This document shows positions 50,398 through 64,000 of a stretch of DNA of 64,000 nt, piece by piece. Source of the stretch: Malacoraja senta (taxonomy: Eukaryota); NCBI GenBank assembly GCA_038087875.1, contig JAXLNO010000355.1, positions 62,001-126,000 of the forward strand. The letters are read 5' to 3'. Made by a program: the position numbers and the translations under genes. Under the pieces are notes generated by a model. It was not told where the DNA came from. It saw only the letters and a program-made list of their open reading frames with translations, and searched no databases. The first letter of the stretch is position 1. Each line of letters begins with the position of its first letter.

Positions 50398-51409
50398 ATG
50401 CTGCTGGATGCGGGACCGCAGTTCCCCACCCTCGGGGTGGGCAACTTCGCGAGGCACCACCATCACCACCATCACCACCACTCCACCGCCGACATGTCCG
50501 ACCGGGATCTGGCCATGTCTCAGAACACCTTTGTCGACTCGGCGCACATGGGCGCCTTCAAGCTGAATGCCGGCGTCCACCACGACCTTCCGCCCGCTGC
50601 CCAGACCTCGGCTTTCAGCGCACAAGCGGCGGCCGGCCCGGGATACCCGTCCGCTTTAGCTCCCCACGCCGCCCATGTCGGCTCCTACTCGGGCGCCGCT
50701 TTCAACTCCACGCGGGACTTTATCTTCCGCAGCCGCGGCTACACCGATTCGAGCCCGGGCTCTGGCCAGCACGGTATCTTCGGACCGAGCCCCGGGGGCT
50801 TACATCACCCACATTCGGACACCTCGGCACATATTCTGTTCCCCGGCATCCACGAACAAGGAGCATCGCATCCGTCTCCAAACGCGCACGTCCTGAACGG
50901 CCAAATGCGCTTGGGGCTGTCCGGTGAAGTATTCGGGCGCTCGGACCAGTGTCCCAGGACTGACCCCTTCTCGGCAGCCCAGGTGCACCATCACCACCAC
51001 AACTATGGACAGATGAATATGAACATGGGTATGAATATGGCAACGCATCGCGGTGCAGGAGCCTTCTTCCGATACATGCGGCAACCCATCAAGCAGGAAC
51101 TCATCTGTAAGTGGGTCGATCCCGAACAACTCGCCAACCCCAAAAAGTCCTGCAACAAAACCTTCAGCACTATGCACGAGTTGGTCACCCACGTTTCGGT
51201 GGAGCATGTCGGAGGTCCGGAGCAGACCAACCACATTTGCTTCTGGGAAGAGTGCGTCCGGGAAGGCAAGCCTTTCAAAGCCAAATACAAATTGGTGAAT
51301 CATATCAGGGTTCACACCGGCGAGAAGCCGTTCCCCTGCCCGTTTCCCGGCTGCGGCAAAGTTTTCGCCCGGTCAGAGAACTTAAAAATCCACAAACGCA
51401 CCCACACAG
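50398..51409 (+). CDS. zic2: Zic2-like zinc finger transcription factor, coding exon 1 (ZOC, ZF-NC, ZF1-3)
   Basis: [10 protein letters not shown] start, His9 tract, [34 protein letters not shown], three C2H2 fingers to KIHKRTHT. Phase-1 donor G|GTAAGC at 51410. Zic family is certain; the paralogue assignment is less so. Confidence 0.9.
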
Positions 51410-53300
51410 GTAAGCTCCAAACTTTCAGTCTCTCTCCCACCACAAACGCCGGGTCCGCGCTTCACGTTAACGCGGGAGAGACAGTCCCTCCCTCGCTACA
51501 CACGAGTCAGGCTATTCTCTTCTCAGCGGATATTTCAACCGCTCACCGAATCACAACAATAAGGTGTCTGTTACCAATATATATATATATATATATATTT
51601 AAATTGATAGCGTTTCGAAATTTAAAATTATTATTTTTTGAACTTTCTAAACCATTTGAAAAATCTCGTTGCTGCAACCTATAACAATCCGAGCAATAGT
51701 TTTAATTCCAGATTTTTTTTAATTGTGAAAGTTCCGTAAAATAATAACCAACGTAAAATATCTGACACATTTTAAAAGTAAATCAGTTTAATCGCTTATG
51801 TTTAAAAAAATCTAACATGAGTAAAATTCCTGCTGTTCTGATGATAAGTAAAACAACATTTCACAAATTCTGGGCATTGAATTTCATCCAGAGAGCGAAT
51901 GAATTACAGGTCCCTGGCCTATAAAAAATACATGAAAACATTTAAAGATTTGCATTCTTATATTCGAAGGTTTTGCCTTGGGTCAGAGATTTAAAATGCA
52001 TAAAGATATAACGGGTAGGAAGCAGAAAAGCCTTCCGGAGACGGCATGTATGACTTGCAAATTATGTCGCATTGCATAATATCTCTCTCCAGCGTATGGA
52101 ATTATGTCATCAGTAGTGGCCTGTGTTTGCACCATAAACTTTGAATATAGGTCAACATGCAATGTAAGGACAGAGAGTAAATTCTTGTGTGTGAAACGAG
52201 GCAGCTGAGAAATTCATCCATTCTCCATCGCGCGCCATTCATTATTTTCAATCATGTTTTTATTTTCTAAATCGCTGGTTCTTCAAAAGGGAGAGATAAA
52301 CAAAAGCGGTAATTAATTAATAAGTTATTTAAAATAAACATGCACTATAATGACTTGATCCAGAGTGGTGGAAGGATGTAGGCCTATTGTTCGCTCAAGT
52401 GTACGATTAATCATATGTGCTAGACGTGTCTTTAGCTTGGATTTCAACTGGGAAATTTATTTCCTTGGAGTAGCAATCCTTCCGATTTCAAGGCGGTTTG
52501 CATATCTCTCGAAAACCATTTAAATGCTAATAAATGTAATGTTGCATTGTTCCTCCGCGTTTAGCAATACTTCTGAGTGATTCACACCTCTTGGTTCCGC
52601 CGCCCAGGAATTGTCGATAAACAAAAGTTCAGAAGGGTGATTTTCGACCCCTAGATGCAATGACTAATTTTTTAAAAGAAAGTGTATTCCCCTTAAACAT
52701 AAGCAAATGGGTTAGGACTTTATTAAAAACATGTTTCTACACAGGAGCATCAACGCGGTGGCGGTAACTTGGAGGGGAGGGATATATTGGTTCATAAAAC
52801 CGCTGACCATTTTATTTGGTATAGTTCATTTCAAAAATTCATTCGGATAGATGCATTTAATACACATGCTCATTCTGAAAGTCCAAATAGATTATTTATC
52901 TCCAGTCTGCCACTGCGTTAGTGCGAGGTCCCACGTTACAATCAGCTGGGAACCTTCTAATCGTGGCTTTACATTTCGAGAAATGAACCCGACCAATGTA
53001 AACCAAGTGGTCGCACAATCACATCATTGAAACCCAAAGGCGAATCATTTTTGTCAAGTACATTTCCGTACACAGTCTTTCCAATTTGGGATGTTTCATT
53101 TGAAATATTTTAGTTGTATCTTGCCTGCAATTACAAATGTCAGGGCAGATCATTAATACCGATGATTGATAATATGAAGTGTTTTTTAAAAATAATAAAC
53201 CAAGTATTTAAATCCAGGTGCTTTGCAGGGCGTATAATGTGGCGCTCACGTTGAGAGATGCGAGCGATGGAAGGAGCTATGTATGCTTGGTTTTATTTGA

Positions 53301-53820
<520 letters not shown>

Positions 53821-54687
53821 AAAAAGACCAAAGGCCCCAAACGTGGAAGATCGTCACCTCCGTCTCTAAACTTGAAAATAGATCAAACAGCTTTATCTGC
53901 AGTCTGCGTTAAAGGAAAACTGAGAACGAAATAAACCCCCCATACCAGCAATACCGAGTTGCAGTGATTTTGCAGAAATGAAGATCAAATTTTATTTATG
54001 TCTCACGGAACAAATATTTAGGCTACTTTTACAATTTCGTGCGAAAGAAGCTTTGACTGTCTGCTGAACTGGATTTGGGATCTTTGAGACTGAGTGTTCT
54101 TTCACAGCTAGTGATTTCTTCCTTGTGATGACAAGGCTTCCCAAATTGGACATAATGGAAGCACAAACGGACAGAGAAAATGATTTCCTTGTATTTTAAT
54201 GCTGAAAGTTAAGTCGTCCTTTGCAGGGAGACAGATTGTAAAATCTTCATCCAATCATATAGAATGGAAACTGTGCCAAAGTCAAGTTACAGTTCACAAA
54301 TACACATAAAGAACACGATTAATTGCTTGTGAATGTATTTCTTCTGTTAGCTGCGTTTTTATCTTGTGATGTTTTGTGCTTTGCAAGTTTAAATTGTGAA
54401 ATACTATTGGAAGATTGTGAAAAAGTCGTGCTGTTAATTTTTGTAACAACAATACCCAATCTGTAAATAGCCGCCTTACCATATTTATCCCAGTTGTAAT
54501 TAAATTATGGTATTAACTTGTTACAGATGAAACAATATTTATAAAGAATGTTTCTTAACTATAAATATGTACAATTGTGAGGTAAACATCAGATTGTTCA
54601 GATTGTTCTCGTTTTAATTTCTAGATAAAGCAACGTTTCCCTCTTCTTGTGTGATGTCCTGAGATCATTAACAGCATACAAAGGTAT

Positions 54688-54693
54688 AATAAA
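54688..54693 (+). terminator. Probable polyadenylation signal of the Zic gene
   Basis: AATAAA ~870 nt after the stop codon, followed by GT/T-rich sequence. Confidence 0.55.
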
Positions 54694-57600
54694 ACGTGTT
54701 CAGGTGTATTCGCTGATATCGTTATTATTTTAGGCCGTGTTAATTCCTCGCTCCTTTTGGTCTATGTTACATTTGTTGGAGTTCTACTCAGCAACTTCTC
54801 TGAATGCTGTTCCATATAATTTATAATAGATTTGAGGGGATTTGTCGCTGTGAACCATCAGCAGTTTCCTTAAAGTCCATGCAAACACACAGAATGGTGA
54901 ACCAACTTACCTTCAGCACCTCAGGCAGATTTCATTTATTTCATTTTTGTTTAATTTACCTGTTACCCATCCGAGTAAATATTCACGCACATTTTCTTTC
55001 ACAGCGGGAATTGGCGATTTAATGAATTATCGGATGTTTTATTTTGGACGGTTGCTTGGTCTGAAACAAGTTAGTAATGTCAAATTGTATAAAACGGTGG
55101 GATTGGTTTATAATCATAAGAGAGAGTGGGGACGCGGGGGCGGGATTCGGTCACTGTTAATTAGTTCCTGCATATGGAATTGTTAAAACATAAGAATGTT
55201 CACAATTGGATGGAAATAGAGGTGGAATTCATTATCGCCCAGTTACAAAACCAGACACGTGTAAGAAGTGTTTTCGTTTGCATGTTGGCTGACGGCAAGG
55301 AATGGGCTCAGATTTGAGTTTAGGTTACTGGCATGGGGGAGGTTATGTATTCACTATAAAATCCGATTAAACGCCGCATCTGCTACTTGTTACATAGTCT
55401 GAGAGGAAAATGTGGGATTTATTTCCATACACTTTCGAATTCGAACAAAAAAAAGATCAGGAGCAGGAGCTGTGGAACGGTTTATGATACATATTAAAAA
55501 GTGGAAATGCTACCCGCGTTTCCCTTTTTTCCCAATTACACGGGCGCACATTTGGCGGCGAAACAAAACAACCTCGCGGGTTCTTGTTTACTCTCTCAGA
55601 CTGACGGCGACGACCGAAGGAAAGTAAGTTCAAACACGTTCAACTTCCGCCCTGCCCTTGAAACGAGCACAATCGCATAAAACACACAGCAAGCAGTTTC
55701 TCCCCTCGCAGCCAGCAATGTGGATTGCCCACGGGCAGAGAATACATTATACGTCAGGTTTCAAAATAATTTCTGTTAGTCTGAAAAGGACAACAAAACA
55801 AATAAACGTTTTTTTTATTCTTTGAGAGCACAGAAACTTGATGTGGTAGATTTTGGGAGCAAAAATAAACAAGGACTTGTTTGAGTGAACAAGACCACAA
55901 GCCAAGACAAACGAGGGTTTGATCGGAGGCACTTGAACTTGACTTTACCTCACTCGGGGCTATTCTCGTTCATTGTTTACATTTGGAGTCGCATGTCACA
56001 CGTTTAAACAGAGTTGTTCCGTTTCACCGCTCCTCTATTTTCTGTACAATGTGCGTTGCGTTTGGAGCATTTCCGTTAGCAAGCGGCTGGTGCGGCTCCA
56101 CTACAGGTTAGTTAGGTAGCAACGTTGCACACTAAATGCTTCCCACGTCACACCTTCCAACACCACCAAATAAATATCAAGAGTTTATGCCAAGATCAAC
56201 TTGCTGGGAAATTTATGTACCTTTTTGTTCGGTTTGCTTCGATGTCTAATGACAGGTTTTGGCTAAAAGCGCAGACGGAAATCCTGACCGCGTTATTTAT
56301 TGGCAAAATGTATATTGGGACCGACACGAAGACAAATTGAGACGTAAAATGAATCTTAAAAGCGACTGTAAATGTGATACAACTCAGAATAACGCGGAAA
56401 TGTCAATAGTTTTCAATTACGCGAACGCTATTAAACTGGGACATGCTTATCGTTGAACTAACTTTTATTGTTTAAATATGCAGAGGTTACAAAGATTTTG
56501 GAAGGGAATAGAATTTGAAATCGGATAATCAGCGCTTTTAAGGGAACAAGGTGTCTGAAACTACAATGTGTGGTTCTCACAGTCCAATATCACAAGTGAT
56601 AACGCTGAAACAACGTTACAATATAATCTTATAAAGAGATCATTAAATGGTCTATAAATTACCGATAGAGACCCACCTGAGGGCAGAGTGACTGCTGTAT
56701 TGATAATTACAGAGGGATATGGCGAGTTCCTGTCAATCGAAATGGCAGCTCATAAATTATAAAGCTACCCTAATAAACATCCAATTGTGGCTCTCAAATC
56801 GACAGATTTTATGGTACGTTTCAAAGTTATAAGGCAATTTTAAGAAATAATTCAATTGACCCTGCTATTAATGATTAACAATATTGGGTTAACGTTACAT
56901 TAAGAGCCACAATTGATGAGGTGGGTTGAAGTGGCTTTGTTTATATCTTACAGTTAGATATATTTGCATTCTACAATGAATCAGCTTGAGGTACATACAC
57001 CAAACTGGCATTTCAAAGGCTGGAATTCTAAAGACGCTCAACAAATCTATATTTTGAAAAAATATCTTTAACATTGGTGTACTTATCAAATGTCAATGAG
57101 CGCGTTATTTTCTGACTATCGATCAAGTTTTGTTATCCAATACAATATTTTTAATATGTTCGTTAAACGGGATACCAAAGCATAATTTCGCATAATAAAG
57201 TTATATAAAAGGTCAGCAAAGGGAAGGAATCGTGTAGTGATTTGGAATGTCCATAGATTGTCAACTGCGACAGTTTTCATCACCTGTGCAAAGCAGCCCA
57301 GAGTCATACAATTAAGAACTCGATAATATATGGGAAAGATTGACATTGTATATCTCTTGTTCACACGCACACGAGGAAATATAATTACAAAGTATTATGT
57401 ATTAATATTGGAAGTAAAATTGCAAGTATTAATCCAAATGAAACCGCCCACTATTATATTTAACAGTTCTTTAGGGATTGACTAGGTACGAATCAATATA
57501 ACGTCGTATTGGTAGGACGTGGAGTAATGTTATAACTCTGGATATAACTTTTAATATTTTAGCTACTCTAGCGTTCCTGCAAACTTAGAAGGCAATATTC

Positions 57601-60156
57601 AAATGATATTCATATTTCCAGTTTTCCACGTATTTACCCATGAGTAAAATTAATAATAAGCTAATGACTGCATTTATTACAGGATTAGCGATGGTTCATT
57701 CTGTTTTATATTAATGGCTTACTATGTACTTGTGTCGATCAAAGTGTGAGAGTGGGAGTAATTTGGTTACTGAAGTTCCACCAATTAAAATGATCACAAG
57801 CTTGTGTTCGTTAGCGTACAAATTATTTTCCTTGGAAAATAAATTAATCTCTTTGACTACTCTATTATGCAATCGCCACTCGTTAATTAAAATGTGACAA
57901 AGGTTCGTCGCAAAAAGGTATTACTCTGCGTTGATGGTGTGAATTAAGAAAATCTTTCGATTGTTGAAGGAGGGTTAAAAAAACTCCCGTTGACACCGGG
58001 GATGCGGAAAAAAATAAGGATGATTATGAAGATGAAAAACGGCCAGAATAATGTTGATGGAGTAAATAGTGATGATGGTGATGATCTGACGACTACAGTA
58101 GGAGTCAAAGGCCAACCCCTCGCCGTGTCCAGCTATCTGCTCACTGCTGACACAATCTGTTATGATATTGATACAAGATAGAAAAAGGGCGATATGATCG
58201 GAGGTTGAAGAGATTCTGATGATTTTTAATATCAGAGCAGATTTAATTATCCAATTATATTAAGTCCAGTATAATCCTTTGTGAAGGATGGCTCGGATTT
58301 CTACTATTTTTCTCGAAACTCATACAGTAAACTACATATTTAAAAATTCGAGGATCGTTCAACACTTGACGCCCAAGTCAAAGTGTCAGATGCACAGAAC
58401 ACTAACCCGAGACCCGTCTGGGAATTCTCGTTCCATCCAGGCATTTGATTATATTTTGTTATAGGTTGTTACACGTATAAAGGTATAGATAGACATTTAG
58501 CTATGACAAAAAAAGTAATTGCCTGTGCAACAGGTAGATTGCTTTTCTTTGACGTTGATAGTACCCTACGCTTCGTTTCATTTTGAACAAAGGTGTTTAC
58601 TTACACTGACCATGTCGCACTGTTTTGAAAGTAAGGAACTTTGTTCATAGATTTAAACGTTTCACATTCACTGTTTCTGTGACAATTATCTGTAGTTTTA
58701 CGGCAATTATATTTGCAGCGTTCGTGCTCGTACCTGTAAAATGAGTGAAATTGACAGCGTAAATAGCAGAAATTGATACAGATTTTGTAGTTGATAATAT
58801 ATTTTATGAATAACCAGCACATTGCGTTTTTCTTAATCAGACGTAAGTACAGTTATTCAATTGACAAATGTACAGGTTACTAGTCAGTATTTTCCGCGAT
58901 TCACTCAAGTTACGAAGCTTGGTGGTGAGAAATCGCTCCGCTTCCAAATTAACTTGACATTGAATTTTTGAGAGCAAGCACTCTGGTGCACCAGCATTTC
59001 ATAATAAGGTGAATTAGTCAGGATGGTTACATAGTTTCGGGCTGAAGTTTCTCGCAGTCTGCTCTCGGCGAACTGGCATAGAAAAGTCGAGAACCCCGCC
59101 ATGCCCGAATTTCCATTGCAAAGCGAAAAATATGTTTGCCGATTATATTTGTCAGACCACGGGACATTTTCATTTCGTGAATGCGACCACGCGAAATCAA
59201 ATGAAATCTGTATCACAATTTGGATGCCATTGTTTGCCGACTACGATTCTAACACAAAAATCATGAACGGATTCTGGCGATGGAGTTTTAACTGCTTCAG
59301 ACCATTCTCGGGCGCACAGCTGAGCTTATCACTGATGGCCACGCTGTGGTTCACATTTTAACACGATAGACACATTTCCAAAAAATGAGGATGACCTTAC
59401 TTTTCTCCAATAATATATTATCAGTGCTATTCTGATCTCCTTAACATAGTGTCAAGTGAAACGGTCGGTTTCCTTCACACGAGTAAAGTGAAACAACGGT
59501 CAGTTTCCTTCCTATACATACAAAGTTCACTGGAAAATCTCCGACGTTTAGAACATTAACGGTCTTATGATGAACTCATTCCACAACAGAGATATTGTTA
59601 GGAGAATTTAAAGAACGATTTCATATTTTATTCGAATTGAAATCAAATCGACAATAACTAACAAGACCATAGAGTTTCGTCTAATGGCTCTGTAGCAGTT
59701 GCTAAAATGTGTTTATTATTTGCTCATATCTCTTGACACTGTAAATCCATCTTTCGAATCCTTTGTGTTTTTTTATAGTTTTGTTCAGTTAAACTGTCTA
59801 AAATTGTTACTGTTTCGGAATGGGGGCGGGATGGTCAATGGTCACTCTTGAAAACAAGCGGAAAATAAATGACAATCAACAAGTTCAGTTGCGGCAATGT
59901 GTGTGGCTGGCTTTGACTGTTCGCAACAAGAATCAAACACCCCCTTAGACAAAGACGTATTGCAAATAAATGCCGGAGAGCAAGCAACATCGTTTATGCA
60001 ATTTATTTATCTGTAATACGCACTATCTCACGCGCCGGATTTTAATCTGGTTAACATATTTATTGGAAATCCGTGAAATATGCTGTTCAGCGATCTTGGT
60101 GCCCTAATGTTCACATTTTAAAATACACAAATTCATGCTTTTAAAGTAATTGTTAT

Positions 60157-60284
60157 AAGAAGGGTCTCGACCCGAAACGTTACCCATTTCATCTCTCCAG
60201 AGATGCTGCCTGTTCCGCTAAGTTACTCCAGCTTTTTGTGTCTATCTTCGGTTTAAGCCAGCATCTGCAGTTCCTTCTAACACA
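60157..60284 (+). mobile_element. Short Penelope-derived repeat starting at the hammerhead motif
   Basis: aagaagggtctcgacccgaaacgttaccc...ccagcatctgcagttccttctaacaca. Confidence 0.8.
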
Positions 60285-63234
60285 TTTTAGAACAGTATCC
60301 TTTCTATGTAAGAAACGTGAGATGGTTTTCTAAATTTAGCCGAAGTTACTTTGCGGAAAGAAGACTCTATTTTAATGATCTGTCTGATAATTCCACTTTC
60401 TTTTTTGTTTTGTTCTTGAGAGTTCCTCTTTTTTGTGTGCCAAAACGTCCACATGGATTTAAGTGGCCGAACTGCGATTTCAGATGACAGACTTTAGCGG
60501 CAACCCCCGCTCAGCTGCTTTGTATGGCTATTATTTCCAGTAATGTCTCGGTCATTCTCCGGCCGAGCTTTCATTGTATTTGATGATTGCTGTTGGAAAA
60601 ACTCCGGGCCAAAAATAGACTGGAAAGGTGTGGACATAACGCTTTTATCTTTGCTTCAGTAACAAGGCAAACTGACTGTGTCGATTTTTGAAAAAGAGAG
60701 TTTAATTCTTTTCGCCTTGCTTTACTTGTCTAAATCTGGATATACGAGATCGCATTCTTCACAAATAGATGATCAAGACGCATTCAAATACATGCTTGTT
60801 ACGAGAAACATATCGGTCCAGTAAATCATATTTACACATCTTTATTTTCTTTCCCATGCCAGTTCTATTCTAGAAACATATTGTCGGACTTGAATTTGTA
60901 AAGCTAACTCCTCCTGATGTGTTTCCTGCAAAATGTGCAAATAATGTATTTCCTACGCCGAAACTGAAGAAGATATATTCCACATTATCGAAACAGGAAT
61001 TGCTGATGTTATCGCAATATTTTCCGGCTAAATGAATATAACAATTCTATACTTAACCGCAAGCTAATTTTCTCTATTTTCTTTTGTTGTTTTTTTAACC
61101 AGAGAACAGTGCAGGGATTTAAACCAAATGTATTAAGCACTGAAAAGAGTTTTCATAATAGAACCTGCTATTTGTACAGCTTGCAGCGCGAGAAGGATTA
61201 TTCACAGCGAAGCTATAAGATTTAATGTGTTATTTGCAATTCAATACTTTTGTACAATTGTCATTGAGTATGACGTTCAATACTTCAGGGCAGACTGTTC
61301 GACTATAAAACCACGTTTTAATTATGAAGCCTCTTTCTAGTTTAGTGTAAACCCGAATTTTATTTTACATCGGGTCAAACCGAATAGTCGGGATCACCGA
61401 AATCATCGGGGACGTCCGTGCAACCAGATCTCAACACGACACGAAAAGGAAAACAAAACTGACGGAAATTAAATAAAAAACAACTAGCGTGGTTTGCTGC
61501 CTGAAGAGTTCGCCTTCTCTCCAATCCCCACCGCAGTTTTTTAGATCTGATTTACCCCCATGGCAAAGGAGGCGCTGCAAGAGAAATATTCAGCCTTTAA
61601 AAATATTCGTCTTTTATGTTTATAATGTAATCTGCTTTCAACACTTAAGTATTATCAATGGCCCCATAAAACCCCAAAATGCCGCATTAAGGAATTGACT
61701 GTTTTTTGTTGATGTTTTGTTCAGTTTTAGTACTTCTACCTCCTCGAGTACATTTGGGATAACTGGCACTTTTAGTTAAGGGTAATTGATTGTGTTAAAC
61801 CCAGAACTCGCTGCGACAAATGATATGTGACAATAACACAAATACATTTAGGGGGAAGTGAAAACAACAATAGGAAGGAAGAAGGAGAGTTGAATTAAGA
61901 TGAGAAGAGGCTTGTAGGGAGAATGAATCCAAGCGTGCAACATCTGGGCCGAATAGCCTTCTTCTGTGCCAGACATTTCCTTTATGTGATTGATTGCTTT
62001 CTTTAAATTGACAGCACAAATAGCAATTATTAGCCCTCTTGTAGATATTTGTACGTGTGACATCTGGAAAAAGACAAATTTTCTGTTTGACAATTTGATG
62101 GGCCTCACATTGGTCATGGATTCACAGAGGAATACAGCATAGAGGTAGGCCCTTCAGTCCAACTTGCCCGTGCTCATCCCATTTGCCTGCGCTTGGCCCA
62201 TATCACTCTAAACTTTTTCTATCCATGTCCCTGTCCAAATGGCTTTTAAAAGTTGTATCTGTACCTGCCCCTACTACTTCCTCTGGCAGAGTGTTCCACA
62301 TACTCACCAGCTTTTGTGAATGCTCACCAACAGACTAATGCTGCATTCTAGAGTTTGTATAAATGGATATGGATTTTTGGCCTGGATAAAATGATGCATG
62401 TATTTTCGGAATTCACGTGGTGTTATGAAATATGTTAAGGCTTGTGGCTGAAGTCTAAATTAGATCACCACTATTGTTTGAAAAGTGTAGCTACATAACA
62501 ATGTCAGTTCAAACGCAATACGTTGCAATAATGGTATAGTTGGAAGAAAATCAGAAAATTCAGGAAATACTCAACAAGTCAATCAATCAGCATATATGGA
62601 GGGAGAAAGAGTTAATTATTGTTGATGGTCTGTCACTGCAATTGGAGAAAATATAAGAATCCATTTTATTTTAGGCATTTGCTGAGTAGGGAAGCTAAAA
62701 AAAGCATAAAGCAAGGAATGTCTGTGTTACAGAGAGCAGATGAGATGATGTGTCATCTGGAATGGTGGTCAAGGCAAAATATATGGGTAGTGGTGGATAA
62801 GGAAATATAAAGTGGATTAAGAGATGTGAAGATTGGAATTTGTTTGTAAAAATGACAGTACTTCAATATGTTTGTACTCATGATTGTAAACAGATTCGCA
62901 CTTGAGCTGTCAATAAGAGGCTTTATTAATTTGCAGGGCTTGAATGCCAATAACAAGGTTTCATTAATGATTAATGCTAATTGACCCTTAAGTCATTGCA
63001 ACACACATGGTGAGGGAAAGCCCACAATGCAGTTAGATATGGAGTGCTTTCATTTTGACTCAGCAGTAGTGAAGGAATGCAATATACTTCATATTCAGAA
63101 CAATGTGTGACAAGGAGGCAAACCTACAGGTGGTAGCAGCACCTGTTGTCCTTTCAAGTGAAAAAAGTTGCAAGAAGTGGTGCAGAGAGGGTTGTCATGT
63201 TGCAACAATGTATCTTGTAGATGGTGCTGAGGCT

Positions 63235-63620
63235 AGAGGATAAACAGGCTAGGACACTATTCCTAGGAGCACAGGAAGATGAGGGGTGATCCTATAGATG
63301 AGTATTCGATCATGAGGGGAACAGAATATTTTATCCCGAGTAAGGGAATCAAGAACCATAGGGTTAAGGTGAAGGTGGGGGTGGTTTCATAGGAACCCAA
63401 GGGGCGTTTCACATAAAGGGAATATGGAATGATCTGCCAGAAGAGGTAGTTGAGGCAGGTACTATCACAACATTTAAAAGACATTTGGACAGGTACGTGT
63501 ATAGGAAAGGTTTAGAAAGATATTACGAAAAGCTAGGTGGGGCTAGTGTAGTTAGGACATCTTGACTGGCGTGTGCTAGTTGGGCCGATGGGCCCGCTTC
63601 CATGCTGTATGACCCTATAA
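63235..63620 (+). mobile_element. Decayed CR1/HER1-type 3' fragment
   Basis: aggctaggacactattccctaggagcacaggaagatgaggggtgatcctataga...gtagttgaggcaggtactat...tccatgctgtatgac. Confidence 0.7.
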
Positions 63621-64000
63621 CATAAGGATGACAATAGCTTATAGAATATTTTGCTCCATTGTCCTTAGGCTTGTAGAACAGCAGCAGGATTTTCTTTCTT
63701 TCAGCGCAATGCCGTGTAATGTTCCTTTCGATAAGGTTAAGTTGACATAGCCTTGTTGTATCATGTGTTCGCTCGGTATGTTGAGACTTGTTCTGAGTCT
63801 TACACATACACAATGAATAATTCCAGTGTAGACCAAGATCAACAAAAATTGTTGCAATATTCCAATTCTTTTCTTAATCTTTCTCGGTGGTGGGCGATGA
63901 CTTTTATATTTGAGATATAATGCACTTACATTTTTTTGGATAAGAAATTGCCTAGTCTGGCCCCTAAGAGGGACTAAATCTCCCTGACGAGCTCAATGCG

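Noticed and set aside
51410..51684. Open frame continuing past Zic exon 1
   Set aside because: Intron read-through after a canonical GTAAG donor at the conserved position.

Overview
Eukaryotic vertebrate genomic DNA, most likely a cartilaginous fish (skate/ray or shark), inferred from HE1/V-SINE-like and CR1/HER1-like repeats. The left ~41 kb is dense in retroelements: a full-length CR1 LINE (esterase ORF1, EN-RT ORF2) plus truncated copies; a decayed Gypsy LTR element with a three-LTR layout and a nested CR1; a 5'-truncated Penelope-like element (RT + GIY-YIG); L1 and Rex/Babar fragments; V-SINEs; many short Penelope-derived repeats with minimal hammerhead motifs; and one tRNA-Glu(TTC) gene. 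A 200-N assembly gap (40918-41117) is followed by ~19 kb of nearly repeat-free, CpG-retaining DNA holding a complete three-exon Zic2-like zinc-finger gene (join 50398..51409, 53335..53498, 53635..53820; 453 aa). No Zic5 partner is visible. The most striking observation is a 140-bp TSD-flanked retroposon (31092-31231, minus strand) whose 5' end is exactly the predicted cleavage site of a minimal, CPEB3-like HDV-type ribozyme fold. All calls were made by eye; no searches or folding programs were run.
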